Assembly: GCA_049322915.1 (NCBI GenBank)
Contig: JBMOPW010000021.1
Location: 26,079 to 90,078, forward strand
DNA: 64,000 bases
Reading direction: 5' to 3'
Source of the DNA: Candidatus Zhuqueibacterota bacterium
GTDB taxonomy: Bacteria > Zhuqueibacterota > Zhuqueibacteria > Thermofontimicrobiales > Thermofontimicrobiaceae
Position numbers and translations under genes: made by a program. Below the pieces are notes generated by a model. The model ran no database searches and had not been told where the DNA came from. It was given only the letters and a program-made list of their open reading frames with translations. Below, piece after piece: positions 43,016 through 52,736 of this stretch (positions are counted from its first letter, which is position 1; each line of letters starts with the position of its first letter).

Positions 43016-45970
43016 CTACTTCCACCAATAAACCACACTATCATCAATGTGCTTATAATCCACCCTAATCGCCTTGAAATGTTTTTCTGCACATTTTATT
43101 TTTCTCGGTTCGTGCTGGTATTGCAGTAAATTGTAATCCTTCTGGCCCTTTGTTTCTCGCACTAATTCCAGTGTTAATCGGTGTTCGTCGTCCCAGCGGA
43201 TGATGCCCCAATCAGGATTGTAGTTGCCGATTATTTTTGGCAAATTTATTTTGAATTTGTACGGAAACTTGAAATAGCACACAATGTTATCATCCTCATT
43301 CAACCGATGTTGCACGAATCGTTTTTCCACATCCGAATCAATCTGCACATGGTCATACAGCGACCAATCCGTTCCAGCAATCAACTCTTTCTGCGGGAAT
43401 TTCTGGGATGGCGGGAAAATCGCCTCGATGTCATAATCCTCCAGCCCTTCCTTCAGACTGTATTGAACATTTTCAGCAATGTGGTCAGCTAACAAATCCT
43501 TGATGGTTGTGATGAACTTATTGGCAAATCCTTCGGGATTTTTGAAAATCTGGTTTTTCTGCTGAATGCTCAATTTCTTGAAAATCCTGAGAATGGTTGG
43601 CCTGGTCAAATTGGTTTCGCGAATGGTGCGGTCAATCAAATTAAAAACAGGATATGTTTGCTGCGCTTCGTGCACGCTTCGCTCCACAGCCTGCTGGCCT
43701 TTTTCACTCTGGAATTTGACAGATTCTTTCAAAGCCAATTCGCTCTTGTCTCCAAAAAACACTTTCTGGTTTATCCCATCGTGTAAAATTTCAACAACCT
43801 TAAATCCCTTCAATCTCGGATCATTGAATTTTTTTACCAAATCATCGCCAACCTGATACCAATGCTGAGACGCCCTAAAGTCTCCTTCGGTGTCAGTAAT
43901 TTCCACTTTGATCTGCACTTTGCCAGGCTTGATATCCTCTATGGAAATTGCAATGTCTGTGATGATAAACTTTCCTTTGGAAATCACTAATTGCGGCTCA
44001 GGGAATTCCGTTCGTTCCAGCGTGTTCACGCAGTTCGTGATAAAATCCTCAGTATCAAAATTTATCTGGTACTCGGTTTTCTGACAAAGCTTTTCCCAGA
44101 ACCTTTGAAATTCTACCTTTTTGAAAATCTTTTCATTCCTGTTCGAATAGGCTGGCCTTGCTTTGGATGGCGGCGGCGGCTCTGCATCGCCAGTTTCCCG
44201 ATATTCTGTCTGCAATTGATTCACATAGTCTTCATAACTCTCATTGGCCACCACCGTTAAAACATTGACATCATCCCCCAAAATCCGTTCTCCGTTCTGG
44301 TCTACAGCCAAACGTAATCCGCGCCCAATCTCCTGGCGTTTTTTCATTTCCGAACGGGTCTGGTTCAACGTACAAATCTGAAAAACATTGGGATTGTCCC
44401 AGCCTTCCTTCAAAGCCGAATGCGCAAAGATGAAACACACCTTTTCATCCAGGCTCAGCAGCCGTTCCTTTTCCTTCATAATCAATTCATACGCTTCTTT
44501 TTCCAGCTTCTTATCAATCGCCGTTTTCTGGCTATCCTCGATATGCGTATCCACAAATTCAACAGGTTCATTCTTCACTTTCTTCTTTGCAAAATAGCCT
44601 TCCCTTACGTCGTTCGCAGATAAATTTTTGAAATATTCCTCACTGCTTTTAAACCGTTCAAATGCCTGATCAAACAGCTTTTTGATGATGCCGTCCGCAT
44701 CCGTGTAATTGGCAACCCTGTCGATAAAAAACAGCGATAGCACCTTTATGCCCCTGGCCAGCAATTCCTTTTGTCTTTGAAAATGATACTTTAGCGTTTG
44801 TTCAATTTGAACCCGGAATGTCTCTTCCCTGGTCAACGTTAAAGGCGCCATTTCATGCAGCGTCAGTTGTTCCTGATTGGTAAAGATCACCGTACCAAGC
44901 GTTTTATCAATCACGTCAATGATAAGCCCACGGTAATTTTCATTCCCGGTTCGCTGATACAGATCATCATTCTTTCGAACATCCAGTTCCGAATAGACCA
45001 GCTCACCGCCTTTATTGACGAACAGATTCACCTTCGCCGTCGGCCCATAACCCGATAAATCAATGGATTTCAGCATCAGGCTCATTTGCCCGCCGCTGTA
45101 CTGATACTGCTCTTTCACGCCCAGCACTTCAATCTTTTTCACCAGGTTCTGCTTGAACGCATCGACCGGGGTGAGCCGATAGATCAGGTTCGGTCTATCC
45201 ATCGGCGTGGCGCTGTAGTTCAGCGAAAACAGCGGCTTCAATGTCCGCAACGCCTGCTTCGCTTTTTCGCTGCGATAGTTCTGGCATTCATCCAGGATCA
45301 AAATCGGTCGCGTTTTTTGGATGTACTCAAAAGGCAGCATCTCCCCCGGCAGCTTTTCCGTGGCCTTGAAAATATTGTTGGCCTTCTTGTTGAACGAGTC
45401 CAGCGTCATCACCATCACCTCGGTGAACGAAGACGTGGCAAAGCCCCGCAATTTGCTCAATTGATCGCCCGAATATCGGGTCAGGTGAACATTTTCATTG
45501 CCGTACAGCGTTCGAAAATGGCTGCGGGTAATTTCGAACGACTTGATCACGCCTTCGTAAATAGCGATGCTGGGAACGATGATGATGAACTTGCGAAATC
45601 CATATCGCTTTTTCAATTCATAAATCGTGCGCAGATAAATATACGTCTTGCCCGTTCCCGTCTCCATCTCAATGGTGAATTGCGGATAACGCCACGAGTC
45701 GATCGCCACCCCCTCCAGCATGAATCCGTCATCCACATCCAGCGACATCTGCTCGCCGAATCCATTCGCCTTCCTCACTGCATTCAAATTCTGAAGCAGC
45801 CATTCTTCCTCTATCCCTTGATACTCGGGCAAATTGGGCGCAATCTCAGCGCCCATCTGAAAATCCACCGCATGTTCGGGCATGCCCTTAAAAAGATTCA
45901 CCGTGCTTTCAATCGCCTGAAGTTGATAGTCCTGATTTGGATCAAATTTAAGTTGCAGTCGCTGCGCCAT
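43016..45970 (-). CDS. res: Type III restriction endonuclease Res subunit
   Basis: EMETGTGKT, LDECQ, YSAT, EGWDNPNVFQIC, QEIGRGLR and YNPDW...ETK motifs. Confidence 0.95.
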   Translation of the reverse strand: MAQRLQLKFDPNQDYQLQAIESTVNLFKGMPEHAVDFQMGAEIAPNLPEYQGIEEEWLLQNLNAVRKANGFGEQMSLDVDDGFMLEGVAIDSWRYPQFTIEMETGTGKTYIYLRTIYELKKRYGFRKFIIIVPSIAIYEGVIKSFEITRSHFRTLYGNENVHLTRYSGDQLSKLRGFATSSFTEVMVMTLDSFNKKANNIFKATEKLPGEMLPFEYIQKTRPILILDECQNYRSEKAKQALRTLKPLFSLNYSATPMDRPNLIYRLTPVDAFKQNLVKKIEVLGVKEQYQYSGGQMSLMLKSIDLSGYGPTAKVNLFVNKGGELVYSELDVRKNDDLYQRTGNENYRGLIIDVIDKTLGTVIFTNQEQLTLHEMAPLTLTREETFRVQIEQTLKYHFQRQKELLARGIKVLSLFFIDRVANYTDADGIIKKLFDQAFERFKSSEEYFKNLSANDVREGYFAKKKVKNEPVEFVDTHIEDSQKTAIDKKLEKEAYELIMKEKERLLSLDEKVCFIFAHSALKEGWDNPNVFQICTLNQTRSEMKKRQEIGRGLRLAVDQNGERILGDDVNVLTVVANESYEDYVNQLQTEYRETGDAEPPPPSKARPAYSNRNEKIFKKVEFQRFWEKLCQKTEYQINFDTEDFITNCVNTLERTEFPEPQLVISKGKFIITDIAISIEDIKPGKVQIKVEITDTEGDFRASQHWYQVGDDLVKKFNDPRLKGFKVVEILHDGINQKVFFGDKSELALKESVKFQSEKGQQAVERSVHEAQQTYPVFNLIDRTIRETNLTRPTILRIFKKLSIQQKNQIFKNPEGFANKFITTIKDLLADHIAENVQYSLKEGLEDYDIEAIFPPSQKFPQKELIAGTDWSLYDHVQIDSDVEKRFVQHRLNEDDNIVCYFKFPYKFKINLPKIIGNYNPDWGIIRWDDEHRLTLELVRETKGQKDYNLLQYQHEPRKIKCAEKHFKAIRVDYKHIDDSVVYWWK

Positions 45971-45981
45971 GCAAAACCCTT

Positions 45982-46182
45982 TTACATTATTGTTCGGATC
46001 ACTTCGATATTATTTCTCAACCATTCATTTACTATTGCCTGCACATCTTTATTTTTATCCTTTGAATATTTTTGGATAAAATCAGCGATGTCAGGTTCTA
46101 AGTAAACAGGTAAATTTAGCTGCGCATTCGCACGGTAAAATTTGCCTCGCTCGCCTTTTGAAAAATCATATTCTTTTTTCAT
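45982..46182 (-). CDS. brnA: BrnA-like antitoxin
   Basis: MKKEYDFSKGERGKFY N-terminus; translationally coupled to brnT. Confidence 0.75.
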   Translation of the reverse strand: MKKEYDFSKGERGKFYRANAQLNLPVYLEPDIADFIQKYSKDKNKDVQAIVNEWLRNNIEVIRTIM

Positions 46183-46481
46183 TATATTTTTTCCTCATAT
46201 TGTTTTCGTTCACTCTTGGTGGCTTTTCGGGCGCTAATAATTCGAACAGTTCGTTGATCTTCGCCTGTTTCCTGGAAGGTGTGAATAATGACTAACAAAA
46301 CATCATTCTTATCCTTACCAAGAGTGATCCAACGATCCTCGATTGCAGAACTGTGCTCTGTATCGTAGATAGAAATTGCGTGAGGATCCAAAAATATTTG
46401 CGCTGCCCGTTCAAAACTCACCTTATGTTTCTGTTTATTTTTAAATGCCTTGATGGGATCCCATTCAAAATTATAGTTCAA
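46182..46481 (-). CDS. brnT: BrnT family toxin
   Basis: FEWD..K...N..KH.VSFE.A, EDRW..LG and RIISARKAT..ER..YE motifs. Confidence 0.92.
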   Translation of the reverse strand: MNYNFEWDPIKAFKNKQKHKVSFERAAQIFLDPHAISIYDTEHSSAIEDRWITLGKDKNDVLLVIIHTFQETGEDQRTVRIISARKATKSERKQYEEKI

Positions 46482-46665
46482 TTTTATCCTCCCTGCCAGG
46501 TCTTATTCAATATAGCAAAAGTAAAAATAAAAACAACTTTTTTATTGAGTAATTTAATTGCTGGCTTCAGGACGTGAATTAAATAACTTTTTATTATAAA
46601 CAGACATTATCAAGCGACTCTCCAAATTTAAGGATCAGAGTAGTAAACTAAATTAATTCACAGTC

Positions 46666-48564
46666 CTAAATCGTCTTAATCAACCCCTTATCCGCCAATC
46701 TCAATTTATCCCGATCCGCAATAGCACTATCCAGACAGATTAAAATATCCTTTTCATTCAAATCCAATTGCCCAATCGTGGCGTCATAAATTTTTTCATC
46801 AAAACAAACCAGCAGCGCATGATCACAAAATTCGCTGGTGACTTTTTGAATTTTATTGGCTTTGAACTGCGCTAATCTTTCAATGCTGCTGTCCAATGGA
46901 AATCCTTCGATCAGCATGGTCTCCGTCAATAATCCCTGCTCCGTCCAGCTTTCTCGCAGCGGCGTCTCAAATTGATCGAATAGCGTTTCTAATTTTTTTG
47001 AATCTGTAGCTTCATAATTGATCCATTCTTTGTAATTGGAAAACTCAAGCCTATAGCTTTTGAAACCTAAGTCTAAAGCTGTTTTTTCATTGGAAAAAAT
47101 ATCGGGGTTCTTTTTTCCTTCTTCTTTTATTTTTTTCACTACTCGACGGATTCGTTCCTTGCCGATTTCAGCAATCGTTTTGTAGCCTGCTTTGTAGGCT
47201 TCGCTTTTTTCATCACATAATTCTGGCAGTTGTACACAAATATATTTTCTCATTCCCCCATCTTGTCCATTTAATTCTAAAGCCGCATGTGCTGTTGGAC
47301 ATGCTCCTGCAAAAAAATCTAGAATAATGTTATTTGTATCTTTTATTACCCCAATACATCTTTGTATAACTCCTAAAGGTTTTGGATATTCAAAATAAAA
47401 TTTTCCATCGAATAATTTTTTTAATTCTCTAATTGCACTTTGAGAGTCACCAACTTCATTCCTTAACCATAAAGTCATTGGAGTAATTGAATCTTTTACT
47501 TCACTCAAAAATCTTTTTATTCTTGGCACATTATTACCTTTTTCACCAAACCAAATTCTATTATCTTTTATAAGTTCATTTAGTTTTTCTTTTGTATATC
47601 TCCAACAATATCCGTTAGGAGGAAAAACATCTCTTCCACTTGGAGTAGTAATGGGATAAATTTTTTCTGGTATTGGTGGACCTACATCAATTCCGCCAGA
47701 AGTCCATTGACCTCTTTTGTCATTGTCAGGATTCTTATATCTTGAAATACTTTTATCATCTCTTTTAAGTCCAAAATCTTCTAATTGGCTTATGCTTTTA
47801 GAATAGCATAATATATAATCATGACTTTCAGAAAAATGTTTTTTAAGATTTATTGGAGAAAATGCTCTTTGCCATACGATTCCAGCAACAAAATTTTCTT
47901 CCCCAAAAATCTCATTCATCATCGCCCGCAGGTTATGCACTTCATTTTCATCAATGGAAACGAAAATCACCCCATCATCCCGCAATAAATTTCTCGCCAA
48001 CCGCAGCCTGGGATACATCATGCTCAACCATTTGGAATGAAACCGCCCATCGGCTTTTTTATTGGTGGTCAATGGCTGTCCTTCCTCATCCACCTGCCCT
48101 GTGCGGCGCAGGTATTCCTGCAGCGGCTCGGTAAAATTATCATCGTACACAAAATCATTGCCCGTGTTGTACGGCGGATCGATGTAAATCATCTTTATTT
48201 TGCCTGCATACGCCTTTTGCAGAATTTTCAGCACTTCCAGGTTTTCGCCCTCAATGAAGATATTGCGGCTGTCGTTTTTTCCGTCGGAATCCGGCGTACC
48301 ATCGGCTTTCAAGCCTTCTCCATACACAGGGACCAGCGTGCCCTTGCTGGGAACCGCCGCCATGCGCCGAGCCTGCCGTTTGCCGGGCCAGAACAGTCCA
48401 AAATGCTCCTGGGCTTCATCGTCTTCCAGGTATTGGCCCAGCGCCTCCTGCAAAACCTCCCAATTGATCTTGCCGTCGGCAAACGCCTCGGGCGCGATCT
48501 TTTTCAATTCATTGATTCGATCTTCATTGAAGGTAAATGATGGTCTTAGTTTTTCGATTGGCAT
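46666..48564 (-). CDS. mod: Type III DNA methyltransferase Mod subunit
   Basis: IEGENLEVLK, IYIDPPYNTG, HSKWLSMMYPRL, YPKP and DFFAG motifs. Confidence 0.95.
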   Translation of the reverse strand: MPIEKLRPSFTFNEDRINELKKIAPEAFADGKINWEVLQEALGQYLEDDEAQEHFGLFWPGKRQARRMAAVPSKGTLVPVYGEGLKADGTPDSDGKNDSRNIFIEGENLEVLKILQKAYAGKIKMIYIDPPYNTGNDFVYDDNFTEPLQEYLRRTGQVDEEGQPLTTNKKADGRFHSKWLSMMYPRLRLARNLLRDDGVIFVSIDENEVHNLRAMMNEIFGEENFVAGIVWQRAFSPINLKKHFSESHDYILCYSKSISQLEDFGLKRDDKSISRYKNPDNDKRGQWTSGGIDVGPPIPEKIYPITTPSGRDVFPPNGYCWRYTKEKLNELIKDNRIWFGEKGNNVPRIKRFLSEVKDSITPMTLWLRNEVGDSQSAIRELKKLFDGKFYFEYPKPLGVIQRCIGVIKDTNNIILDFFAGACPTAHAALELNGQDGGMRKYICVQLPELCDEKSEAYKAGYKTIAEIGKERIRRVVKKIKEEGKKNPDIFSNEKTALDLGFKSYRLEFSNYKEWINYEATDSKKLETLFDQFETPLRESWTEQGLLTETMLIEGFPLDSSIERLAQFKANKIQKVTSEFCDHALLVCFDEKIYDATIGQLDLNEKDILICLDSAIADRDKLRLADKGLIKTI

Positions 48565-48584
48565 TGTTTATTTATCCTATCAAC

Positions 48585-49195
48585 TTTAATTTACAAATAA
48601 TTTATAACTAATTTACAACTAATTGACAATTTATTTATCAACAAGTTAGGTTAAATTTATCACTCATTTTACTTCTAATCAACAAAAATTTACAACTAAT
48701 TTTGGTTATGATTTTCAATGAGTTATCACTGTCTGAATTAAATTTATTAAAAATCTCCCAATTAATCTTATCATCGTCAAACGCTTCAGGAGCGATCTTT
48801 TTCAATTATCTGGTTCGATCTTCATTATAAGGGACATGAATGAAATAACTCCGCCCTTGTCGGATCTCTACTATAATAAAGATCCGCCTAAGGAGGATGT
48901 CCCATTTACAAATGATCCTTGCTCATAGCGAGGCAAGATTACTTTATCAAAAGAGTAACTTAATTAGTTCACAGTCCTAAAAGTGAACGCTGGTCTCAAT
49001 TTTGCGAGGGGCTTGTTATTTATTCATTTTTAAAAAATACCTTAAACTACTTTACAGGTATTTTAAAACTAAAATGCAATTTATTTGTCAATAAGTTATA
49101 GCAAATTTATCATTAATTTTAAAACTAATCTATTGAAATTTAAAAATAATTTTAATGGTAATTTTTAACAAGTTAGCTATGTTTTTAAAACTTGT
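48585..49195. repeat. Two diverged ~150 bp AT-rich blocks with IHF-like sites (about 48590-48740 and 49045-49195)
   Basis: CAATTTATTT(A/G)TCAA(C/T)AAGTTA...AAATTTATCA..ATTTTA...CTAATC is shared by both blocks. TATCAACAAGTTA matches WATCAANNNNTTR. Confidence 0.7.
48751..48829 (-). pseudogene. Relic of a second mod 5' end
   Basis: Translates YNEDRTR*LKKIAPEAFDDDKINWEI, versus FNEDRINELKKIAPEAFADGKINWEV in mod. Confidence 0.85.
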
Positions 49196-49234
49196 CATTG
49201 AACAAAAGAATTATTGAGTAATCAATTGTTTTAT

Positions 49235-50902
49235 TTATTTTATTAAACTCCATTCAGGATATTTCTTTGTTCCTTTATTTTTAATAGTATGGTCCTTTTG
49301 GGACATTTGAGAAAGTAAATTGGCAATTTTTTTCTTCTTTTGTGTTTCATCCAGCGCATCGGATAATTTATTCATCAATAGCTCATCGATATCTGTACGA
49401 TTTGCCGAGTCATATTTTTCTAGATAAGCAATTACCATCTGCTTATAATGAGCGTCATCAAACGCCCTATTTTTAATGTATCTTGTTTTATCTCCGGTGA
49501 TGGATGCGATTTTGGCAGCGACAAATAAATTGGGGTATCTTCCTTCAATCAAATTTTGCCTTTTTAAAATCCTGAATTCATCTTTTGTTAATTGAATTTT
49601 CTTTTGAATTTTATCCAATAAGATCACGATTTTAAGATCAAGATCGGAATGTTGGATTAGCATTCGGGTATAATTTTCATCGATGACTTTTCCAATGATC
49701 TTTACCGTCACTTCATCAGCCCTATCGAGCGTATAGGTAGGCAATGGGAAATATCGGTTCTTTTGCAAGGTAAACATTTTTTTAATTCCGCCGCCTATGG
49801 TATCAATCATATTCAAATGAAACATGGCATTTGCCAGAAACTGATTTCGATAATATTTGGGAGGCCAATCTTGTTCAATAACTGCTTCAATACTGCCAGG
49901 AAGAAAAATTCCTTCATTAGAAAATAACAACTCATCTGACTTTTCAATTACGGTGATTTTGCTCTGTTTCTTATAATCCTGATGGGCGATACAATTATGC
50001 AACGATTCACGAATAACCCAGTTTTCATATTGCGTTAGTTCTATTGGGAACAATGTATTGTCTGGTAGATAACGATATTTCAGATTTCTTATTTTTGTAG
50101 CTATGGCATCTGTATTTAAAATAAGTGGCGGCCCAAAATGGTCATAATCTTTATCTTGATTATTTTCGTCTTTTAGTATCCAGCTTATTCTGGCTATCGC
50201 AGGCAATAAAAAATGCTCTGATTCTTCCTTACCGAGTAAAACAATTGCTGTATTGGTGATTTTGCCCTGCATCGTCACTTTCGCTTTATTAAGAAAAGTT
50301 ATATCGTTCCAATGATCGACTTCCGTTGCAAAATTGGGGAATTTCTTTTTAAATTCAATTCGAGCTTTTTGGATAGCATCCTCATTCAAATCTTTTATCG
50401 TTGCTTTATCACATATTTGGGCTGACCAATCCGCTTGATGCACCTGCCCTCGAATTTGTTCGATTTCCTGGATACTAAGCGCATTCAACGATTCACCTTC
50501 TCTGCCGTAAAAATGACCTTCCCATGACGTAGGAATTCCAGGAGAAGCCGCAGGGATTTGAAACATAATTACTCGTCCTTCAGGCAAATAGAGCGTGTAA
50601 ATTTCATTAAACGTAATTCGGTTATTCGTTTTTTGGGCAATCTCTTCTTTTAGGCTATCCAGGTCTTTTTCATTATCTCGATATTTTGTACCAACGATTT
50701 CTCTGGTTTTATCGTTAATGCCAAAAATCAACCATCCATAATGCTGGTCTTTTAGATTCGCTTCATTGCTTAAAGCAGAGAAGTATTTGCCCAATTCACT
50801 AAAATCGTACTTATTTTTTGCTTCTTTAAATTCAAACCATTCAGTCTCATGCGGCAATGCACGAAGCTGATTTAATAATTTTATTAGCTCTGCTTCTGTC
50901 AT
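49235..50902 (-). CDS. AlbA_2/Schlafen domain plus HATPase_c_4 (RecG C-terminal-like) protein
   Basis: ETEWFEFKEA, SALSN, LIFGI.D, RESLHNCIAHQDY, YRN..LA.AM and IDTIGGGI motifs. Confidence 0.9.
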   Translation of the reverse strand: MTEAELIKLLNQLRALPHETEWFEFKEAKNKYDFSELGKYFSALSNEANLKDQHYGWLIFGINDKTREIVGTKYRDNEKDLDSLKEEIAQKTNNRITFNEIYTLYLPEGRVIMFQIPAASPGIPTSWEGHFYGREGESLNALSIQEIEQIRGQVHQADWSAQICDKATIKDLNEDAIQKARIEFKKKFPNFATEVDHWNDITFLNKAKVTMQGKITNTAIVLLGKEESEHFLLPAIARISWILKDENNQDKDYDHFGPPLILNTDAIATKIRNLKYRYLPDNTLFPIELTQYENWVIRESLHNCIAHQDYKKQSKITVIEKSDELLFSNEGIFLPGSIEAVIEQDWPPKYYRNQFLANAMFHLNMIDTIGGGIKKMFTLQKNRYFPLPTYTLDRADEVTVKIIGKVIDENYTRMLIQHSDLDLKIVILLDKIQKKIQLTKDEFRILKRQNLIEGRYPNLFVAAKIASITGDKTRYIKNRAFDDAHYKQMVIAYLEKYDSANRTDIDELLMNKLSDALDETQKKKKIANLLSQMSQKDHTIKNKGTKKYPEWSLIK

Positions 50903-50929
50903 GGAATTAAATCCCCATCTGCATTTTTT

Positions 50930-51055
50930 TTATTCACTTTCGAATTTTCAAAAATCCAAAGCTTGCAAATTGGCATTCACCCAATCCTCCCGCTCCGCAT
51001 CCGAGCCAAAATCTTCAAAATAAGCCTTCATTCCGATTTTCGATTCACCAATATC
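50930..51055 (-). repeat. Diverged duplicate of the PD-(D/E)XK nuclease 3' end
   Basis: 53 bp are identical between 50979-51031 and 51872-51924; the flanks differ largely at synonymous positions. Confidence 0.92.
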
Positions 51056-51056
51056 T

Positions 51057-51680
51057 TCATTGTGCAATCATCGCCTTAACATAAGCCTGCATCACCGCAT
51101 TAACCTGGCATTGGACAGCATATTCCATTAGTTTGTTAATGTCAACTTCTTTTCGTTTCAGATAATTTTTCAGTGACTCCAGCGCAATATCTTCGCCCAG
51201 CCGATTGCGATAGCGAAACATATCGCTTATGGATTTTTCCTGATTATAGATCCGAACGACACCATGAGCCGTTTTTATTTCTTCAATTCCCAAAAAATAA
51301 AACCTGTCCCGAAAAAAATATTTCCGAATGGGCGGGTATTCGATTTGGGGCAGCTTGGCCGAGTGGCGCAGCGCTACATAAACTTCTGAAGGATTAAACG
51401 TAGTCAATTCATAATATTCCAGCGCCGAAAGCAGGCAGATGACCCCAGTCGGCACCGCTTGGCACACATCAATAAAGCTTATTGGAATACCATTCGCTTG
51501 CGGCAAATCTGCCATACGGTAAAGCCCTGGCTTGATCTTCTCCAATACGCCTTCAAGAACCAAACGAGCAATATCCCTGGTATGCACCGCAGCCTGCTTC
51601 AATTCTTTGGTCCGTGCAAAGCCACCGTGCGCTTTAAAAATTGAAATTATTCTGTCATCTTTGTTCATTTCTTCTGCCAA
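51057..51680 (-). CDS. abiEi: Type IV TA AbiEi family antitoxin (no adjacent AbiEii)
   Basis: HGGFART.EL, G.LEKIKPGLY, GVICLLSAL.YYELTT and IYN.EKSI.DMFRYRN motifs. Confidence 0.9.
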   Translation of the reverse strand: MAEEMNKDDRIISIFKAHGGFARTKELKQAAVHTRDIARLVLEGVLEKIKPGLYRMADLPQANGIPISFIDVCQAVPTGVICLLSALEYYELTTFNPSEVYVALRHSAKLPQIEYPPIRKYFFRDRFYFLGIEEIKTAHGVVRIYNQEKSISDMFRYRNRLGEDIALESLKNYLKRKEVDINKLMEYAVQCQVNAVMQAYVKAMIAQ

Positions 51681-51726
51681 TTTATGTAATTGGCGGTAAT
51701 ATAGAACAAATTAGGTTTCGATGCAA
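51675..51726 (-). promoter_or_regulatory. abiEi promoter and operator-like inverted repeat
   Basis: Minus strand TTGCAT-N17-TATATT followed by GCCAATT-N5-AATTGGC. Confidence 0.6.
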
Positions 51727-51822
51727 GTTGTTTTTGTGCCTAAATTAAAATCTATTCCATCTCAATTTGTATTCCGATTCGCTTTTGATACTAATGAATT
51801 ATTGAAAAATTTTGGTCATTGT

Positions 51823-52647
51823 CTATTCCTTTTCAAATTTCTCAAAATCCGTCCCCTGCAAATTCGCATTGACCCAATCCTCCCGCTCCGCATCCGAGCC
51901 AAAATCTTCAAAATAAGCCTTCATGGCGCTTCTCGATTCAGCAATGTATTCAAGATACGATTGGCAGGAGAATCGGGCGTCGCAGTTGCGACAAACATGG
52001 GAGCCAAAGTCTCGTTTCGTGCCAGGCACAGGTTCTTTCAATTTTTCAACTGGCGCAGGCTGGAATTGTTTCGCCTCAATCGCATCCACGACTTTGCCGA
52101 AATCGGCAATCGTTTCCGCCACTTTTTCTTTTTTAAATGGAATTCTTACCAACGGCTGCCAGCGGGACAGCTCATGCTGGATTCGGATCGGAATATTCTC
52201 TTGAATTGCATGCTTTAATGAATTGGGCAATGCTGTGGAAATTATAGCCGTGTGATCCAGCTTTTCGCCCCGCAATTGCTGCCAGATAAAAGCATAAATA
52301 TCAAGCTGCTTTTCATAATACTCGATATTTTTTTGGATATATTCAAGGTCGTGGGTTTTAATATCGTACATCCAGGTTTCATCATCTTCCCTGACAATAT
52401 CGACAATTCCTTGAATCGTAAAACTTCTACCCTTTGCTGTTTTTTGATCGGGCAATGTCAATTTAACTTCGGTCTCTGTCACCCGCTCCGCCACATCTTT
52501 CATACGCTTGTAATAATAGATGATCTGATTGAGCGCCATCTGTTTCGTCGCATCGGTCATCGTATGTCCCCCTTCCAGCCGCAGCATCTCGTAATTCAAT
52601 TCAAAAAACTCCCTGATCCGCTCAATGACTTTTTCCTCTTTCAACAT
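51823..52647 (-). CDS. PD-(D/E)XK (RecB/AddB/Cas4-like) nuclease
   Basis: E..L, GIVDIV, YDIKT, QL.IY and C-terminal CRNCDARFSC motifs. Start may be 52647 or 52692. Confidence 0.88.
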   Translation of the reverse strand: MLKEEKVIERIREFFELNYEMLRLEGGHTMTDATKQMALNQIIYYYKRMKDVAERVTETEVKLTLPDQKTAKGRSFTIQGIVDIVREDDETWMYDIKTHDLEYIQKNIEYYEKQLDIYAFIWQQLRGEKLDHTAIISTALPNSLKHAIQENIPIRIQHELSRWQPLVRIPFKKEKVAETIADFGKVVDAIEAKQFQPAPVEKLKEPVPGTKRDFGSHVCRNCDARFSCQSYLEYIAESRSAMKAYFEDFGSDAEREDWVNANLQGTDFEKFEKE

Positions 52648-52736
52648 CTTTCTTTCACCAATTTTATTCCACCATTCCATATCCTCAATCACCCAACGGA
52701 ACGTCCGCCAATTTTTAAGGCGGATTATCCATTTAC

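Noticed and set aside
46666..48564. Phase-variable mod (phasevarion)
   Set aside because: No simple-sequence repeat tract seen in the 5' coding region or promoter.
50930..51955. Diversity-generating retroelement TR/VR pair
   Set aside because: Differences between the copies are not confined to adenines and are mostly synonymous; no reverse transcriptase in the window.
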